Below, one piece after another: positions 1 through 12,569 of a stretch of DNA of 64,000 bases. This DNA comes from Glaucostegus cemiculus. Its lineage: Eukaryota. Both the position numbers and the translations under genes were made by a program. The stretch covers positions 1,922,001 through 1,986,000 of the forward strand of contig CDPCPM010000281.1 of assembly GCA_976551045.1 (NCBI GenBank), read 5' to 3'. The notes beneath the pieces are model-generated. The model was given only the letters and a program-made list of their open reading frames with translations, made no database searches and was not told the origin of the DNA. Within the stretch, counting starts at the first letter, position 1, and the number at the start of each line of letters is the position of its first letter.

Positions 1-65
1 ACCTGAAATGTTGACTTCATTTCTCTTTTCACCCACCTGAGTGTTTCTCGCATTTTCTGTTTTAT
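1..65 (+). mobile_element. Penelope-type terminal repeat remnant, cut by the window edge
   Basis: ACCTGAAATGTTGAC...CTGAGTGTTTCTCGCATTTTCTGTTTT matches the repeat seen at 1400-1470, 21190-21275 and 41268-41325. Confidence 0.55.
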
Positions 66-329
66 ATAAGGCCAACTAGAATGTGTGTGGGGAATTTCTT
101 TTCCAAAAGGTGGAGATATTCCAGAAAGCAGTACTGCTGAAAGTTCAGGATATTCCTTCCTCCAATTCAAATATTTTAGGAGGAATTTCAGAGAATATAA
201 CAAAGTTGTTTGAAAACACATGGAAGAATTTTGCTAGCACTGGAGGAAATAACAAGTCATTAGAGTTGGAGTTATGGACAAGATGAGCTGGATGTGTTTG
301 GCATAATACTAAGAAAAAGTATTGATTTT

Positions 330-438
330 ATTTATTTTTTTATTTAGTTATTTACAGCGTGGTAACAGGCCCTTTCAGCCCAACGAGTCCAAGCAGCACA
401 TTTTAAACCCCCAAATTAACCTATCCGTACGTATCTTA
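330..438 (-). mobile_element. 3' end of an HE1-like SINE, 5'-truncated
   Basis: Minus strand reads GGTTAATTTGGGG...GTTGGGCTGAAAGGGCCTGTTACCACGCTGTAAATAA, the CR1/HER1-type tail with an A-rich end. Confidence 0.65.
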
Positions 439-1309
439 CAATTAATCATAAATATGTATGATTATCGTAAGTACATATTAATCATAAATATTTCTATATG
501 TGTATTGAACAAATAAAAAAATGAATTTTTGCCTTTCTTAAGCACTCTACAGAATTCAACCAGCCAATGTAGATTATTTTTCTCTTTTTGAATAGAAGAT
601 GAATATGGTATTGGGAACACAAAACAATTGCTACAGTGGAATTAATTGTATGGTAAATCTGTTCCTTGAAAACTGTCCCTTGCAATTACTGAGATTTGAC
701 ATTTATTTTTACTGGTAAATGGTTTTCATTACTCACTAATACGGGATAAAATATTGATTGGAACTGTTTTATTCTGTTGAATAAAATTAATTAAATTTCA
801 TATGCAATTTTTAAAAGATGAATTATTGCTGCTTGTTCACCTATGGAAACAATGGGAGTCATTGACCTTGTATACAGTTGCCAAGTGAAGGATTGTAGCT
901 GAGTGTGCTGGATTTAAAAGCTAGGGAAATATTCAGTTAAATTTACACAACGCCCGTGAGGAGCTTTTCAGCATGGGGACAGATTTTCCATTTGATGAAA
1001 TAGATATAAAATGGCTGGGCAATCTGGCAGCAATCAATTTCACTGGCTTCCCGCAGGGCTCACTATCCTGAAAGAGGCTGTTGGCCTCCAAGATGGTTAT
1101 AAAGTGCTCATACACAAAGTTTCAAAACTTTGTGATCTTATTATTTTAAGCGAAAGAAGTGTTAGTGCTATTTCCTATCTTTTCCCAAGGGATTTCACAG
1201 TGAATGCAGCCTGTGCGTGTACAGTGGAATTAATAGAAGCTTCCTGAAGAAAACTGGCATTCATTTTTGATTTAATTTGAATGTTATTTTTCCTGAGAAA
1301 ACAAAAAAA

Positions 1310-1470
1310 AAAATGCAGATCTTGGAAGACTGAAATTAAAACAGAATGATGGAAACAGATCAGGCAGCATCTGTAGAAAGAGAAACAAAGATCCTGGACC
1401 TTAAATGTTAACTGTTTCTACTTTCACGGATGCTGCCTGACCTTTGGAGTATTTCCAGCAATTTTTCAAA
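1310..1470. mobile_element. Palindromic Penelope-type terminal repeat remnant
   Basis: TCAGGCAGCATCTGTAGAAAG...AGAAAC on the left is mirrored by GTTTCTACTTTCACGGATGCTGCCTGA on the right. Confidence 0.7.
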
Positions 1471-1779
1471 AATTAATATCAATCTTTCTAAATTGTGAAT
1501 GAGCCTTTGCTAGCAAGAAACAAAATTGAGGACAATTACTAATGTGAGCATCTCACCCTTCAGTTTGAACTTGCTACAACTCTTTGTTAGCCACCAGCAA
1601 TAAGGAGCTGTATGGATGCCAGATTTGTAGCTTGGAGCAATGATATAACTCGGCAATTGAAACACAGACTCTTAATAGTACATGTGCCAGCAAAGGGGGA
1701 GAAAAAGAACATACAATCAAATAAGGTTTGAAAAAAAAAATCTTAACAGTTACTACATTCCTTCTAGTTTCTGAATGTT

Positions 1780-2345
1780 CACTCCCACATAACAAAAAAA
1801 ACCTTCAAGAATAAATGGCAAATGTAGGGTCTGGGTCTTCCCAGATGTCAGAATCAAAGAGTTTAGAAGGAGTTGGAAGGCTGGGGGGATTTCGGTGGCA
1901 TGAAACTCTGAGGCATTGAAGGAATTTGAAGACCAGCATAGCAACTTTTAAACTGGAGGCTTTGTGCCACTTGGGTGTCGGTTTGACTTGGCTGAGCATG
2001 GAATAATGCATAAGCAGCAGTTATTCTGTAATAGGCCAAGAACAGCAGAACTCTGGATGATCTGAGGTTTATAGAAGGGAAGTTGAATAATAGATAATAA
2101 ATCAGAGAGGAGAGGACCAGAACAATCAAATCCTGTATTGAGTGGGGGAGATGGAGGAACAGGGTTGGAATGGCCTGGTTGCTGGTTAACATGGGCTGAA
2201 GGGAGGCTGTCAGACATGTCATCTTTGACAAGGAGTTGATGTGGTTTTGGAAGGCCTACTCAGTAAAATGGGACACAGAAGACGCAAGCAGTTGGGTGAT
2301 GGCAAGGTGGATAATAGGCTCAATACCAAGGGTATATTCCAGGTT
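1780..2345 (-). mobile_element. Decayed L2-like LINE fragment
   Basis: GA-rich plus strand typical of antisense L2; the minus translation has an LIVLVLS segment at the position of the RT LVLLDLS motif. Heavily degraded. Confidence 0.4.
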
Positions 2346-2369
2346 GTCAGAATTTTTCTGAAATATAAA

Positions 2370-2705
2370 CATGATAAATAGGAGCAGGAAGATGCCAGGC
2401 AGCCTTTTGAACCTGCTCTGCCATTTGGTATGGAAATGGTGATCAGACAATTTTCTGTCTGATCACCATAGCCTTGATTCCTCATGGCCCAAAAATCAGT
2501 CCTCTTGGCTTTGAATACACTTAAAATCACAGTGTCTACAACTCTTGTTGCTGTAGATTTAAACTGCTCTTGGAGAAGAAATTGCTTCTCATCCAGTCTT
2601 CTATCCAACCCTTCATAGCGAGACTGTGCCCCTTAGTTTTAGATTCCATCACTAAGAGGAACCTCCTCATATCGTCTGCATTTTCAGGATCACTTTCATT
2701 CCAGG
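2370..2705 (-). mobile_element. CR1-type LINE 3' fragment
   Basis: ATAGGAGCAGGAAGATGCCAGGCAGCCTTTTGAACCTGCTCTGCCATT is the antisense CR1 3' tail; GAAGAAATTGCTTCTCATC corresponds to the ORF2 C-terminal region. Confidence 0.65.
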
Positions 2706-2799
2706 AGTTTAAGCAATTTGGTCAGGCTTAAAAGTAAATGCACGAACAAGAACAGGAAATATTTCCACTACAGAGTAATCTAAATGCTGGTCTAAGTGG

Positions 2800-2843
2800 T
2801 GACCTCAGTATGAGTGACAATATAAACCAATACCAATACCAAA
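2800..2843 (+). mobile_element. Extreme 3' tip of a Rex1-type LINE with (ACCAAT)n tail
   Basis: GTGACAATATAAACCAATACCAATACCAA is the reverse complement of the termini at 32062 and 54793. Confidence 0.6.
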
Positions 2844-3094
2844 TGCCTTTCCCTGTTTTTCATGGAAGACCTGTACAGCTGCTTAAAGTGATGCATTACT
2901 AACAATGCAAAAGCCCCAGGATAAAGGAAAAGAAATTAATATTTATGGTAATGTTTGTTGCAAAAATAAATTTTGTATAAATCTTGAAGGTTTGAAATGA
3001 ATTACTCTTCGGAACTTTTCTCTAAATATTATAGTGCTGTATAACATTTTTCTTGTTGTTAGAATTAAATATTTATGACTAGAAAGTGGTAGAC

Positions 3095-3265
3095 TGTAAA
3101 CACAAGATGCTGGACATGTTTGGCAAGTCAGGCAGCATCTGTGAGGAGAGAAGCAGAGTTAATGTTTCGGGTCAATGATCTTTTATCAGAACTGAGAGTT
3201 GCCTGATGTGAGGATTTTCAGCTGCTTCTATTTTCGTATCAGATTTCCAGCATCTACAGTTTATT
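3095..3265. mobile_element. Palindromic Penelope-type repeat with a degenerate hammerhead motif (minus strand, 3157-3193)
   Basis: Minus strand: AGTT-CTGATAA-AAGATCATTGACCC-GAAAC-ATT-AACT. Outer arms GATGCTGG ... CCAGCATC. Confidence 0.7.
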
Positions 3266-3289
3266 TTTCACTTTTCAATTTAAAGTGGC

Positions 3290-3530
3290 GAACCCTGTCC
3301 TTAGAATGAGGTGTTTAACCAAGGCACTCCCTGATTGTAGAACAGGACATAAATATCTTATTGCCTGTTTGAAGGGGAGTGGGAATCCTAACTTTGCCTT
3401 AGCTACTGTTTACTTCTCTGCAACCAAAAGCAGACTTGCTGCAGGCAAATAGTCTACATAACAACAGCAATTTAATTGACTATAAGTGCATCTTGGAATG
3501 TTCTGCGCTCTTGATAATATGCTTTATAAA
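3290..3530 (+). mobile_element. Decayed Deu-domain SINE (SacSINE1/AmnSINE1-like)
   Basis: GAGGTGTTTAACCAAGGC...TGTTTGAAGGGGAGTGGGAATCC...CTTGCTGCAGGCAAATAG...GCTTTATAAAT resembles the copies at 19600, 42040 and 57430. Confidence 0.45.
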
Positions 3531-4854
3531 TAGTGTAATTTTATTTCTCCCTTTCCAAGTTGCTGCTGAAAAATGAGCAGAAAACAGATATACCCAGATG
3601 TGAATACTTATCTGGTTTTTAACTAAGATTACATGAGAAAGTAGCATTGTAGTGCCAGCCAAACAGTAATATTTGGGGTATATTGCTGTTACTGACATTA
3701 CTGTCCCCTGATCTATCTCACAGAAGTCATCCTCATCAGGGAAACTACATAAACGGCCAGAAATGAACTTTTTTTGGTTCTTTGTTCAATCAATGTACAT
3801 TCAAATATGTATCACTAGCTTTTTAAAGATTTTTTTAAGATCCATCAATGCTTGGATAATTTTATAGAACTATGAACAGAAGTCTTGCTAATGCTAGTGT
3901 GTAGCCCAGTGCTTACTTTTTGACCAAGAACTTAGCGTGCTAATTTTGGCAGTATTGTGTTTAATGAAGTAGCAATAATGTGAAATCTTGAGTACATGCC
4001 AATTTGGTAGAATGGTCCAACATGTCATTCTACATTTTAGGTTGACGTTTTTATTCTTGAAGGAGCTTGTAATAATGGAATAAGTTGCAACTTTGGAACT
4101 CTTATCCTGATGTACAACTGAATGATTTTCCACCACTGTACGTGTGCTGAACAAGTTTTCAAGTTAGTTTGTGCTTTACTGAGAGATGCTTTATAGTGTG
4201 CACATTTTCCTCAGCTCCTATTTAAATAATTAAAATTTTTTTTGCTTCACTTATTTTCTATGGCAAGTGAATTCATTAAAGTCACGTTCAGCAAAACACC
4301 TTAAATTCTGTTTAACTTTGCAAGATCAGGGGTGGAGAGAAATAAGAGGTTTTTTTTCCCCATTTTCACAATTTGCCAATTGTCAGAGATTTAGTTGTAT
4401 CTTTTTGAGTTGCTTGATCAGACCATTGTACTGTTAATGGTCTGTCAATGTGCAGGGAAGAGATGCAGTTAATTCTCTGATTTGTACTTTTTTTTCTGGT
4501 TAACCTATTTTAAGTTTAAATAAAAATATACGCCACAATTTAGCAGAGAAAGGAAGATAACTCTGTTTTAAGAACTCTTAAGAACGTAGGAGGACTACTT
4601 CACATTGCAGTACAATAAGGTAGAATGATGAACCTGAACCAAACTTTGTCTGGATTTTTGTACCACTCATCATGTAATAAAAGAAGAACCATGTAACTTG
4701 TTGAATGCTGCCTCAAATTCTCTTTGGCTGTTGAAGGTATGAATAAACCTCCCCTGTTCTTTACTGTTGTTTTTAACTTTGGAGAATCAACATGAGCTTG
4801 TGTTGGGTTGAACTTGGAATACATACTGTATTCTTCAGTCAAGTGAATTGTAGC

Positions 4855-5830
4855 ATGGTTATTGTGCAGAAAGAGGCCATACAGCCCATTATGCCCCTAT
4901 CTAATCAGTGTTGCAAATCCTTCTCTATACTCATCCATTTCCTTTAAGGCCACAATGGAACCTGCCTTCACTACACCTGCAATCACTGCATTTCAGATAC
5001 CAAACACATGCTACGTCTTAAATAAAGTTTTTTTTTCCCCTTGGTGTCACTCTTAATTCTCTTCCCCTATATTTTATACCTGTGATTACTAATCCTTAAC
5101 CCCTTCATCAGAGGGACCAGTCTATCACTAGCCACTGTTCATATCCCTCAGTGTTTTGAATACTTCTATGAAATCTTCCCTTGGCCTTCTCCAGAGAAAA
5201 GAATCCCAGCCCCTCTAATCCATTCCAGTAACTGTATCCCCTATCTCAGGATCCATCTTTCTAAGTCTTTACTGCACCCCTGTAATGGCTTCAGACCATT
5301 CCTGTGGCATCCAGAATCCAGCACAATATTCCATTTGTGGACGGATCAGTGTTTAATAAAAGTTCATCGTGGCTTTCCAGCTTTTATGCTCTACATCGTT
5401 CTGGGGTGGGGTTGGGGGTAACACAGTTACATTAGCTATACAATTGTTTAACCTACCTGTCACTTACAGGTCTGAGACAGGGTTTTGACCTGAAAGGTCA
5501 ACAATTTCTCTCCTCCCACAGATGCTGCATGACCTGATGAGTTCCTCCAACACGTTATTTGACGCTCCCAGGTCCCCCTGCTCCTGCATATCCTTTTGGA
5601 AACATATCCTCTTAGTCTCTGTTGCCTCCCCTCATTCTTCCTACCAATGTGTACTTCACACCTTTCTCTGCATTGAACTTCGTCAGCATACATCAGCCTG
5701 CTTTCCAGCCTATCCTGCTGCAGCATATCCTACTCCTCTTTGCAGACACACAACTATTCAAGTTGTGTATCTGAAAATTTACAACTTCTGGATTGCATCC
5801 CTAATTCTGGGTCTTTAATATAGATGAGAC
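4855..5830 (-). mobile_element. CR1-type LINE fragment interrupted by a Penelope-type repeat at about 5465-5570
   Basis: Antisense tail GAAAGAGGCCATACAGCCCAT, then CCAGAATCCAGCACAATATTCC (LEYCxQFW-like region) and TGCATTGAACTTC (KFN..KC-like region). Confidence 0.65.
5465..5570 (+). mobile_element. Penelope-type terminal repeat remnant
   Basis: GTCTGAGACAGGGTTTTGACCTGAAAGGTCAAC...CCCACAGATGCTGCATGACCTGATGAGTTCCTCCA. Confidence 0.65.
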
Positions 5831-7108
5831 ATAACTAATTGCCTTCCTTTTGAGAGATGTAATGTTTTTATTTAAGTTTACTTTCAGTGATTTTTTAATT
5901 GCTTTCTGTGAAATATTTTCACCACCGTTAGGTGGCCCCCATTACACTGACAACTTTGCCTGAGAGTTTTTTGTGGGAGGGTTGGCAGTGGGAGTACAGT
6001 GGGGCTATGCCAGCTCTCAAAGCTGGTCTGTGAGTGCAGCTGGCTGCCTTCACTGAGGTGACCCTGCTTTGGACAAGAGCAGTCAGTACTGGGATAATCA
6101 GCATCGCATAAGGAGGGCTACAAACAATTTTGGGTAATATTGTGCTGTTTGGGGTATAAGTTCAGCCGAACCCTGGTCTTGGTGAGAAGGGAGGCCCATG
6201 TTGTGGAGTGATGAGAAAGTGGTGCTTTATTTAAACCCAGCCCGAACCGCCTCACCTGCAGTAAAACTGAACCAGAGTATAATTTTCCTTGCACAAAATT
6301 TAATCTGGTGTGGGGTGCAAGGAGCTGGAGACTTGCTGCGATGCACATACACATACTGACCCAGGACACAGGCAGCAATGCTAAGCAACTCATCCTGACC
6401 TAGATAAAGTACAGTACTGAGTCAGCTTGACACAGCCTGACCCGACTCAAACCCAGATGTTCCATCAGAAAACAGTACATCTCAAACACAGCGCACTTAG
6501 TCAGATCCTGTTGATCTTGGATCAGGTAACCAGGCTCTAAACCTCTGTTTGAAGAGCGGATGATTCATAGAAATGTATTAAAATACCACTTAAATAGCTT
6601 ACTCCATGAGATTTTTACATAAACCATCAGCAATTTATAGTCAAAATATAATTAGGGCACAATTATGTCTTTCCTTGGATCGGATTGATTACTTATGGGA
6701 CTGATTTTGACTTTGACTCTTGGAAAGAGACCTGGCAGTGATAAAAGGACTAGTTTTAGTCATTTTACCAAATAACACACAAGCTGCACATAATTGATTG
6801 TACCACTTTGTAAATCTTAGAATGAGCAGCTTTGTTAAACATTAATATCAATTGCCTTGCCTAAGCAGTTATGTTAACACACTGCAGTGAATAGTTGGTG
6901 GTTGTCATTCATAAGTGTCACTTGTAAACGTTTGTGTTGTTAACTAGTCCCTGCCCACCAGTAGGTTTTGCAGAGGAAAGGGAATTTCTTGCAGGTAGTC
7001 TGAAATTGGTGAGGAAAGTTGGATCTCAGTATCTATTGTTCTCATTGTATAACCACATGGTGCCAGCCTAGGACTCCTTTCCATGATCTGCATTCTACAG
7101 CCACAGTT

Positions 7109-7391
7109 GATAAGATATCTTTAATAGTCACATATGCATCAAAATACACAGTGAAATGCATCTTTTGCGTAGAGTGTTCTGGGGGGGCAGCCCGCAAGTG
7201 TCGCCACACTTCCGGCACCAACGTAGCATGCCCACAACTTCCTAACCTGTATGTCTTCGAAATGTGGGAGGAAACCGGAGCACCCAGAGGAAACCCATGC
7301 AGACACTGGGAGAACGTACAAGCTCCTTACAGACAGTGGCCTGAATTGAACCTGGGTCTCTGGCACTGCAAGAGCGTTACACTAACTGCTA
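7109..7391 (-). mobile_element. Near full-length tRNA-derived V-SINE, relatively young family
   Basis: Minus strand has a tRNA-like head with B-box GGTTCAATTC, the V-domain core GTACGTTCTCCCAGTGTCTGCATGGGTTTCCTCTGGGTGCTCCGGTTTCCTCCCACA and a GATATCTTATC tail. A similar copy lies at 41626-41934. Confidence 0.9.
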
Positions 7392-7659
7392 GATGAAATG
7401 ATGTGCTATCACAGCTGAAAATCATAACACACCTCTTTCTGAAATAAAACTCAGATCGCGGATGAATGAGGTTTATTATGTTCAGCACATCATGAGAACC
7501 CTTGAGAAATGAGCTCTGTTCAGGTTAATGAGTATAATAACTTTTATTAACCCCAGTGGCTCAGCAATGTTAGCCCATGAAAGCGGGCAAGATATTGCTC
7601 TGGTTATACTACTGCACTTAATTCAGAGGCCCGTGCTCCAAATCCAGGGAATGAAGTTT

Positions 7660-7965
7660 TGAAGCAAAAAATGAATTGCTGAAGGAACTGTCGCTGAGAT
7701 CTTCCACCAGATTGTTTGTTGCTTCAGAGTTCAACATCTGCAGTATCTTGTGCCTCCTGCTGGAGGACCTCAGTAGGTCGAGCAGCATCTGTGTGGGTTA
7801 AAGGAATTGTCATTGTTTCGGGTCGTGACCCTGCATCAGAACACTGGGTCCTGATGCAGGGTCTCGACCCAAAATGTTGACAATTCCTTTCCTCCCACTG
7901 AGGCACTGAGTTCCTCCAGCAGATTGTTTATTGCTCCAGATTCCAGCACCTGCAGTCCCTTGCAC
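7660..7965. mobile_element. Compound palindromic Penelope-type repeat with two opposed hammerhead-like motifs
   Basis: AAGGAATTGTCATTGTTTCGGGTCGTGACCCTGCATCAG (7801-7839) mirrors CTGATGCAGGGTCTCGACCCAAAATGTTGACAATTCCTT (7851-7889). A second partial palindrome lies at 7660-7755. Confidence 0.8.
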
Positions 7966-8129
7966 ATCCAATGAGGATTTGAATACTTCTATGGGAATTT
8001 GAGATTTTTAATTGAGTTCACAAAAGAAATCTATAGTTTTAAAATAAATCTAAGAATCACAATTCAACAAATAAACAATCTCTTCAATGATCTTTCCTTC
8101 CTTATCTGACTGAGCCCATAGAATGAATA

Positions 8130-8330
8130 TTGGTGGTGCAGTAGATTGTGCAACTGCTCACAACTCCAGCAGTCTGGGTTTGACCCTGACTTCTCGTGCT
8201 GCCTAAGTGGAATTTGCACGTTCTCTGTCTAACTGCGAGGGTTTCCCCGAGGTGCTCCAGTTTCCAAATGCATGCTGGTTGGTAGGTTAATTGCCTATCC
8301 TAAATCGCCTCTAGTGTGTGTGGGTGTGGG
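8130..8330 (+). mobile_element. HE1-like V-SINE, 5' part
   Basis: tRNA-like head TGGTGCAGTAG...GGGTTTGACCC, V-domain GTGGAATTTGCACGTTCTC...GGTTTCCCCGAGGTGCTCCAGTTTCC, then GGTAGGTTAATTG. Confidence 0.75.
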
Positions 8331-9079
8331 GGAGGGAGAGTTTCTGAAGAACCTTTTGAATCCATGCTGGCTGGCTGCATTAACATGATCGATTTTTCAC
8401 TGCCCTCTGAAGCAAAAGCAAAGTAGTTTAGGTGCTGGAAATTTTAACAAACACACGGTAAGTAACTCAGCCACATCAGAATTCCTGCTGAGAATTGACA
8501 GCATCAGGCCAAGAAGATGAGGACTGGTCACCACCTCCTTGGAGATGGGTAATAAGGACTGGGCTTGTCACTACTGTCTACAGATTTTGAATAAATTCAA
8601 AATAAAATTGAAATATCAGGATTAGGAAGGTATTATGCTCAATGATGTGTGTATGGAACTGGGAATACACTCGCTCTGGTAGCCTGCACATTAACAATAA
8701 GATGAAGCTTTTCCTCACTCTGCCCACTGACCTTTCAAGAGAGCAGGGATCACCAAATCACACCGATGAAAGGATTGTAGCAGTCACTGTATTTAAACAT
8801 TCATTTAATATCTGAAGTGCTAAGATGGTTCAACTAAGTTGTAGTTTCTACAGCTAATATTTTGACCTTGATAATGGCTGATGGATATTGGAGGCCAAGG
8901 GAAACGTTCTGTACCTTTTGAGGAGAGGAGAAATTTGGTGAAATTTCAAAATTGCATTCTGTGTACAGATTACCGTGACAATTCAATGGGACATAACTGA
9001 TATTATACACGTCTATAGATGAGATTAGGAGGAAATATTATTCTATTTGTAATTGTAGAAACTATATTTTTAGATTTGG

Positions 9080-9251
9080 ACATAGACAGTCATCCAACAA
9101 GAAAATAGGCCCTTTAGCCCACCAAGTCCATGCCAACCATCATATTCACACTAACCCTATCTTATTCTCTCCACAGCCTGCTATACACTAGGGCAATTTA
9201 CAATTGACAATTAACCTATGAATTTGTACATTTTTGGGACATGGAAGGAAA
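9080..9251 (-). mobile_element. HE1-like SINE, 3' half
   Basis: AATAGGCCCTTTAGCCCACCAAGTCCATGCCAACCATC...CACTAGGGCAATTTACA...CAATTAACCTA. Confidence 0.75.
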
Positions 9252-11754
9252 TATTGTACCAAGTAAAATATCTATGATACTAAATTACATATTTGTTGAT
9301 TTCAGAACCATCCCCTGTACAAAAGCATGAAAAATTATTTATTTTTTGGGTTTTTTTTGTAACATAAGGGACTTGCTGTTTTTTTCTGTTCCTCAATTTT
9401 TCCAAGGCAAATTGTATTTTTTGTCTTTCCATTTATTTAAGGTGTGTGCTTAAATAAATGGAAACAGAAAAAGTACAATTTGCAAGGCTGAATTGGGAGG
9501 GAGGGATTAACCAATGTCATGTTAATCCAGTTCATGGTCAATCACCTTTTTTTAAAAAAACTGACAAGTCTTTCATGGAGCTGAGATCACATCTCACAAC
9601 TGATTGGTGCTTGGAGAATGAGGGTGAGGAAAATGTTGGTTGGAAAGATGAAAAGTGGAAGGTGAAGTAATCTCTTTGGTGTGTCCAGATTTTTATTTTA
9701 GTTAAGCAAACTTCAAAGTTGTTAACTTCTTGTGTGAGATTCTTAGTAAATGGACCCTCTGTTTAACAGCAATATAGGACTCGCTCGTCAAAGCCAGCGT
9801 TTAGCTTTCCGAATCTGTTGGGCAAAGCAAAGGAGAAAGTTTTTGTATTTGTATTCAGGAAATTAGAAATGGAGTTTGACCTTGAATGAAACCTGGTACC
9901 ATTTAACACCTGGGTGTCGCTTTGTAGAAGTCTAACATTATTTCTTTTAAAATATCCAATCGCAATTTTTTACAAACTCTGGAATTACTTGCTGCAGAAT
10001 TGCAGTGTGCAGGATTGAAGTGCTGTAGTGACCTGCCTTGGACTGGCAGGCAGTGAGGAAGTGTTGGTGTTTTTATTTTATGTTCAACAAAGACCTGAAA
10101 TTTCAGTGTGTGGATTTCACTTTTTCCAGCCTCCGTTGCTGTCAGACACTGGCTTTAAGGAATCGCTGGCTTCAGGCACTTGTGTTATCAATAGGTAGGC
10201 TGAGCATCCAATCACATTCAAGGATTCTCAAAGACAGCAAAACAATAAGGAAGCAGCCGTAATTTTTAACAAACCTTTTAACTGTTTTTCCAAGAGCAAA
10301 ATGAAGATCAGGATATGAAATGGAAGTAGATGTTGAAATATGAATTTGGGAGCAATAAAAATTAAAATATTTTTGGTATTTTTTGGAAATTTGAAATAAT
10401 TGAGGAACTAAGATTGACAATCCATTTGTACTATTGTCTTTCATAAACCCAGACAAGTTGTGATGTAATAATCATGGTTTAGTGATTCGATAAAATCTCA
10501 GTAAAAGTTTGTGCAATGAGGTGTAACATTTTCAGTGTCAATTGTTGACATTCACATCAGTCTCCCCAGCATTCTGTTTTAAGATTTACAGCATCTAGAG
10601 TTTTTTTTGCTGTTCGTTCATATCAGTCTACTGGTTCCTGTAGAAGACCAAGGAATCGCTGACATTTTCTGGAGTTCTGTATTTCAAGTGTGCTTGTGCA
10701 TATTCCAGAAGTTGCTGCCATGTATTCCTTGTTCCAACGGTAAGCCTTGCTGTTTCTCTTTCCCCTATCATCATAAATTTCAGGACAGTATGTTTACTGA
10801 TGGTGTTTGTTCACAAGCAATGTGCATGTTGTCTGATAAACCTAGGGGAGAGTGGGAATGGAAAGCTTTGGTTGGATATTTTTTCAAAGGTATACAGATC
10901 ACCAAGGCCTGATTCAGGTTTGTACCCTGCAGGCCTTTGTTTCTTTCTATGTGTATTGAACTGATTGTTATCACCAGCAGACTAAGACACATATTGAAGT
11001 ATTATCAGTATTTTCTATGTTGTATTAAATTAAGTATTTGGTAATATCGATCTTTTGGCTGGGTTTGTCATTGTTGATGGGAATAAAAACTATAACTTCC
11101 AAAGCAGAAACTGGATAGTAAAAGTCCAGCTCTTAAAACCATAAGAAAGAAGGAACATGGATTTCTATCAATCCTTATTATATCCTCAATCCCTAATAAT
11201 CCTTATTACATAGCCCAAGATATTTACAAAAGAATTCATTATCTTTGAAATTCAGTCATCATTTTTACAAAATCAAATGTTTGTGCACAGTCAGACAATT
11301 CAAATGAATGAAAGATAACTCAAAATCTTTCTGGTTCTAGAGAACTGACAGCCAGTGGAAAAAAAATCTCTCTTCTTCCCTGAGATGATAGTTTACAATG
11401 ATGTGGGATTAATGAGGACCTTTTAAATTTTGCTGATCCCCGGGTGAAGAATAGTCGATGTCAGATTGGCCATCTATTGTGCAGCTCTCTGACTTCTTTT
11501 CCACTGACTTAAATGACAGAATGCAAGGAAAAAGCAGAAAAGAAAGAAGAATTTGAATATATCCTATATTGATTGCTATTGCTGATCACGTTCATGTGGA
11601 TTATAACCCAAACCTCATACACAAGAAGTCTGTCTGTTCCAACAAAATGCACAAAATTCTGGTGTCCTTTAAAGTTCAGATCTTGGTTCTCTCTTGTTTT
11701 TCTTCTTGATGCTGCTCGTTAGTAACATCTTCTAAAAGCAGCCTGTCAGTGTCC

Positions 11755-12250
11755 ATGTGTGGCTGCCGATACTGAACTCTACCTCCCTCAGACCCCTTAT
11801 TGTCTCCGAATTCTCTGGCATCCAGCACTTGATAACTAGCAATGTCCTCCAACTCAATATTGGGATGGTTAAAGGCACCCATTGTAAACTCCCATTCTAT
11901 AACACTGGCTCCATTCCTTTCCTTGGCAGTTGTCCAAGATCGAACAACATTATTCATAACCTTGGTGTCATATCTGATCTTGTGATGAACCTCAGGTAGT
12001 GCATCCAATCCATTACTAAAGATCACCTATTTCCACACCTATAACATTGCTTGTCTTTTACCCCTGCCTCAGCTCTTATTGTGCTGAAATCTTTATCCCT
12101 GATTATTCCAGTGAATCCCTGGCCAACTCACTCATTCTACATTTGTGAAGGAGAGGGAGTCCAAATTTTCCAGTCCTTGTGCAAATTCGTTACTCATCCT
12201 GTTTGTCCATTGTTGTGTTTCTCCCCAACTGCAGTGGGTCCCATTTAAGC
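11755..12250 (+). mobile_element. Decayed L2 LINE ORF2 3' fragment
   Basis: ORF 11757-11999 contains IQHLITSNVLQLNIG, similar to the L2 IxxWMxxNFLQLN motif; AACCTTGGTGTCATATCTGA encodes NLGVI. Confidence 0.7.
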
Positions 12251-12569
12251 CATCCATTTTGTTTTCAATTGTTAGTCCTTGACTAGGAATCTCCCGATGG
12301 CCTTGCTCCTCCCTGCCTTTGGAGGTTTGTGGGGCTGATGAAAGTTACTAAGTGTCTGAGTTTCTCAAATTCTGATCTCTTTTTTTTCCCATCCCTAAAT
12401 TTAATTATTCCATCACTTTTGTCAGTGCGTTTGCTAATCAATGTCCTCGTGTATGGAATTCTCTCCCTGAAGTTCCCCACTTCTCTAGCCGCCTTTCCTC
12501 CTTGGGGGCACTTCTTAAAACAATTTGGCCCCATGCAAGCCAAATATATAGTTGATGTAAAATTAAGGA

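Noticed and set aside
7330-7391. tRNA gene (A/B-box-like sequence)
   Set aside because: It is the tRNA-derived head of a SINE, contiguous with the V-domain.
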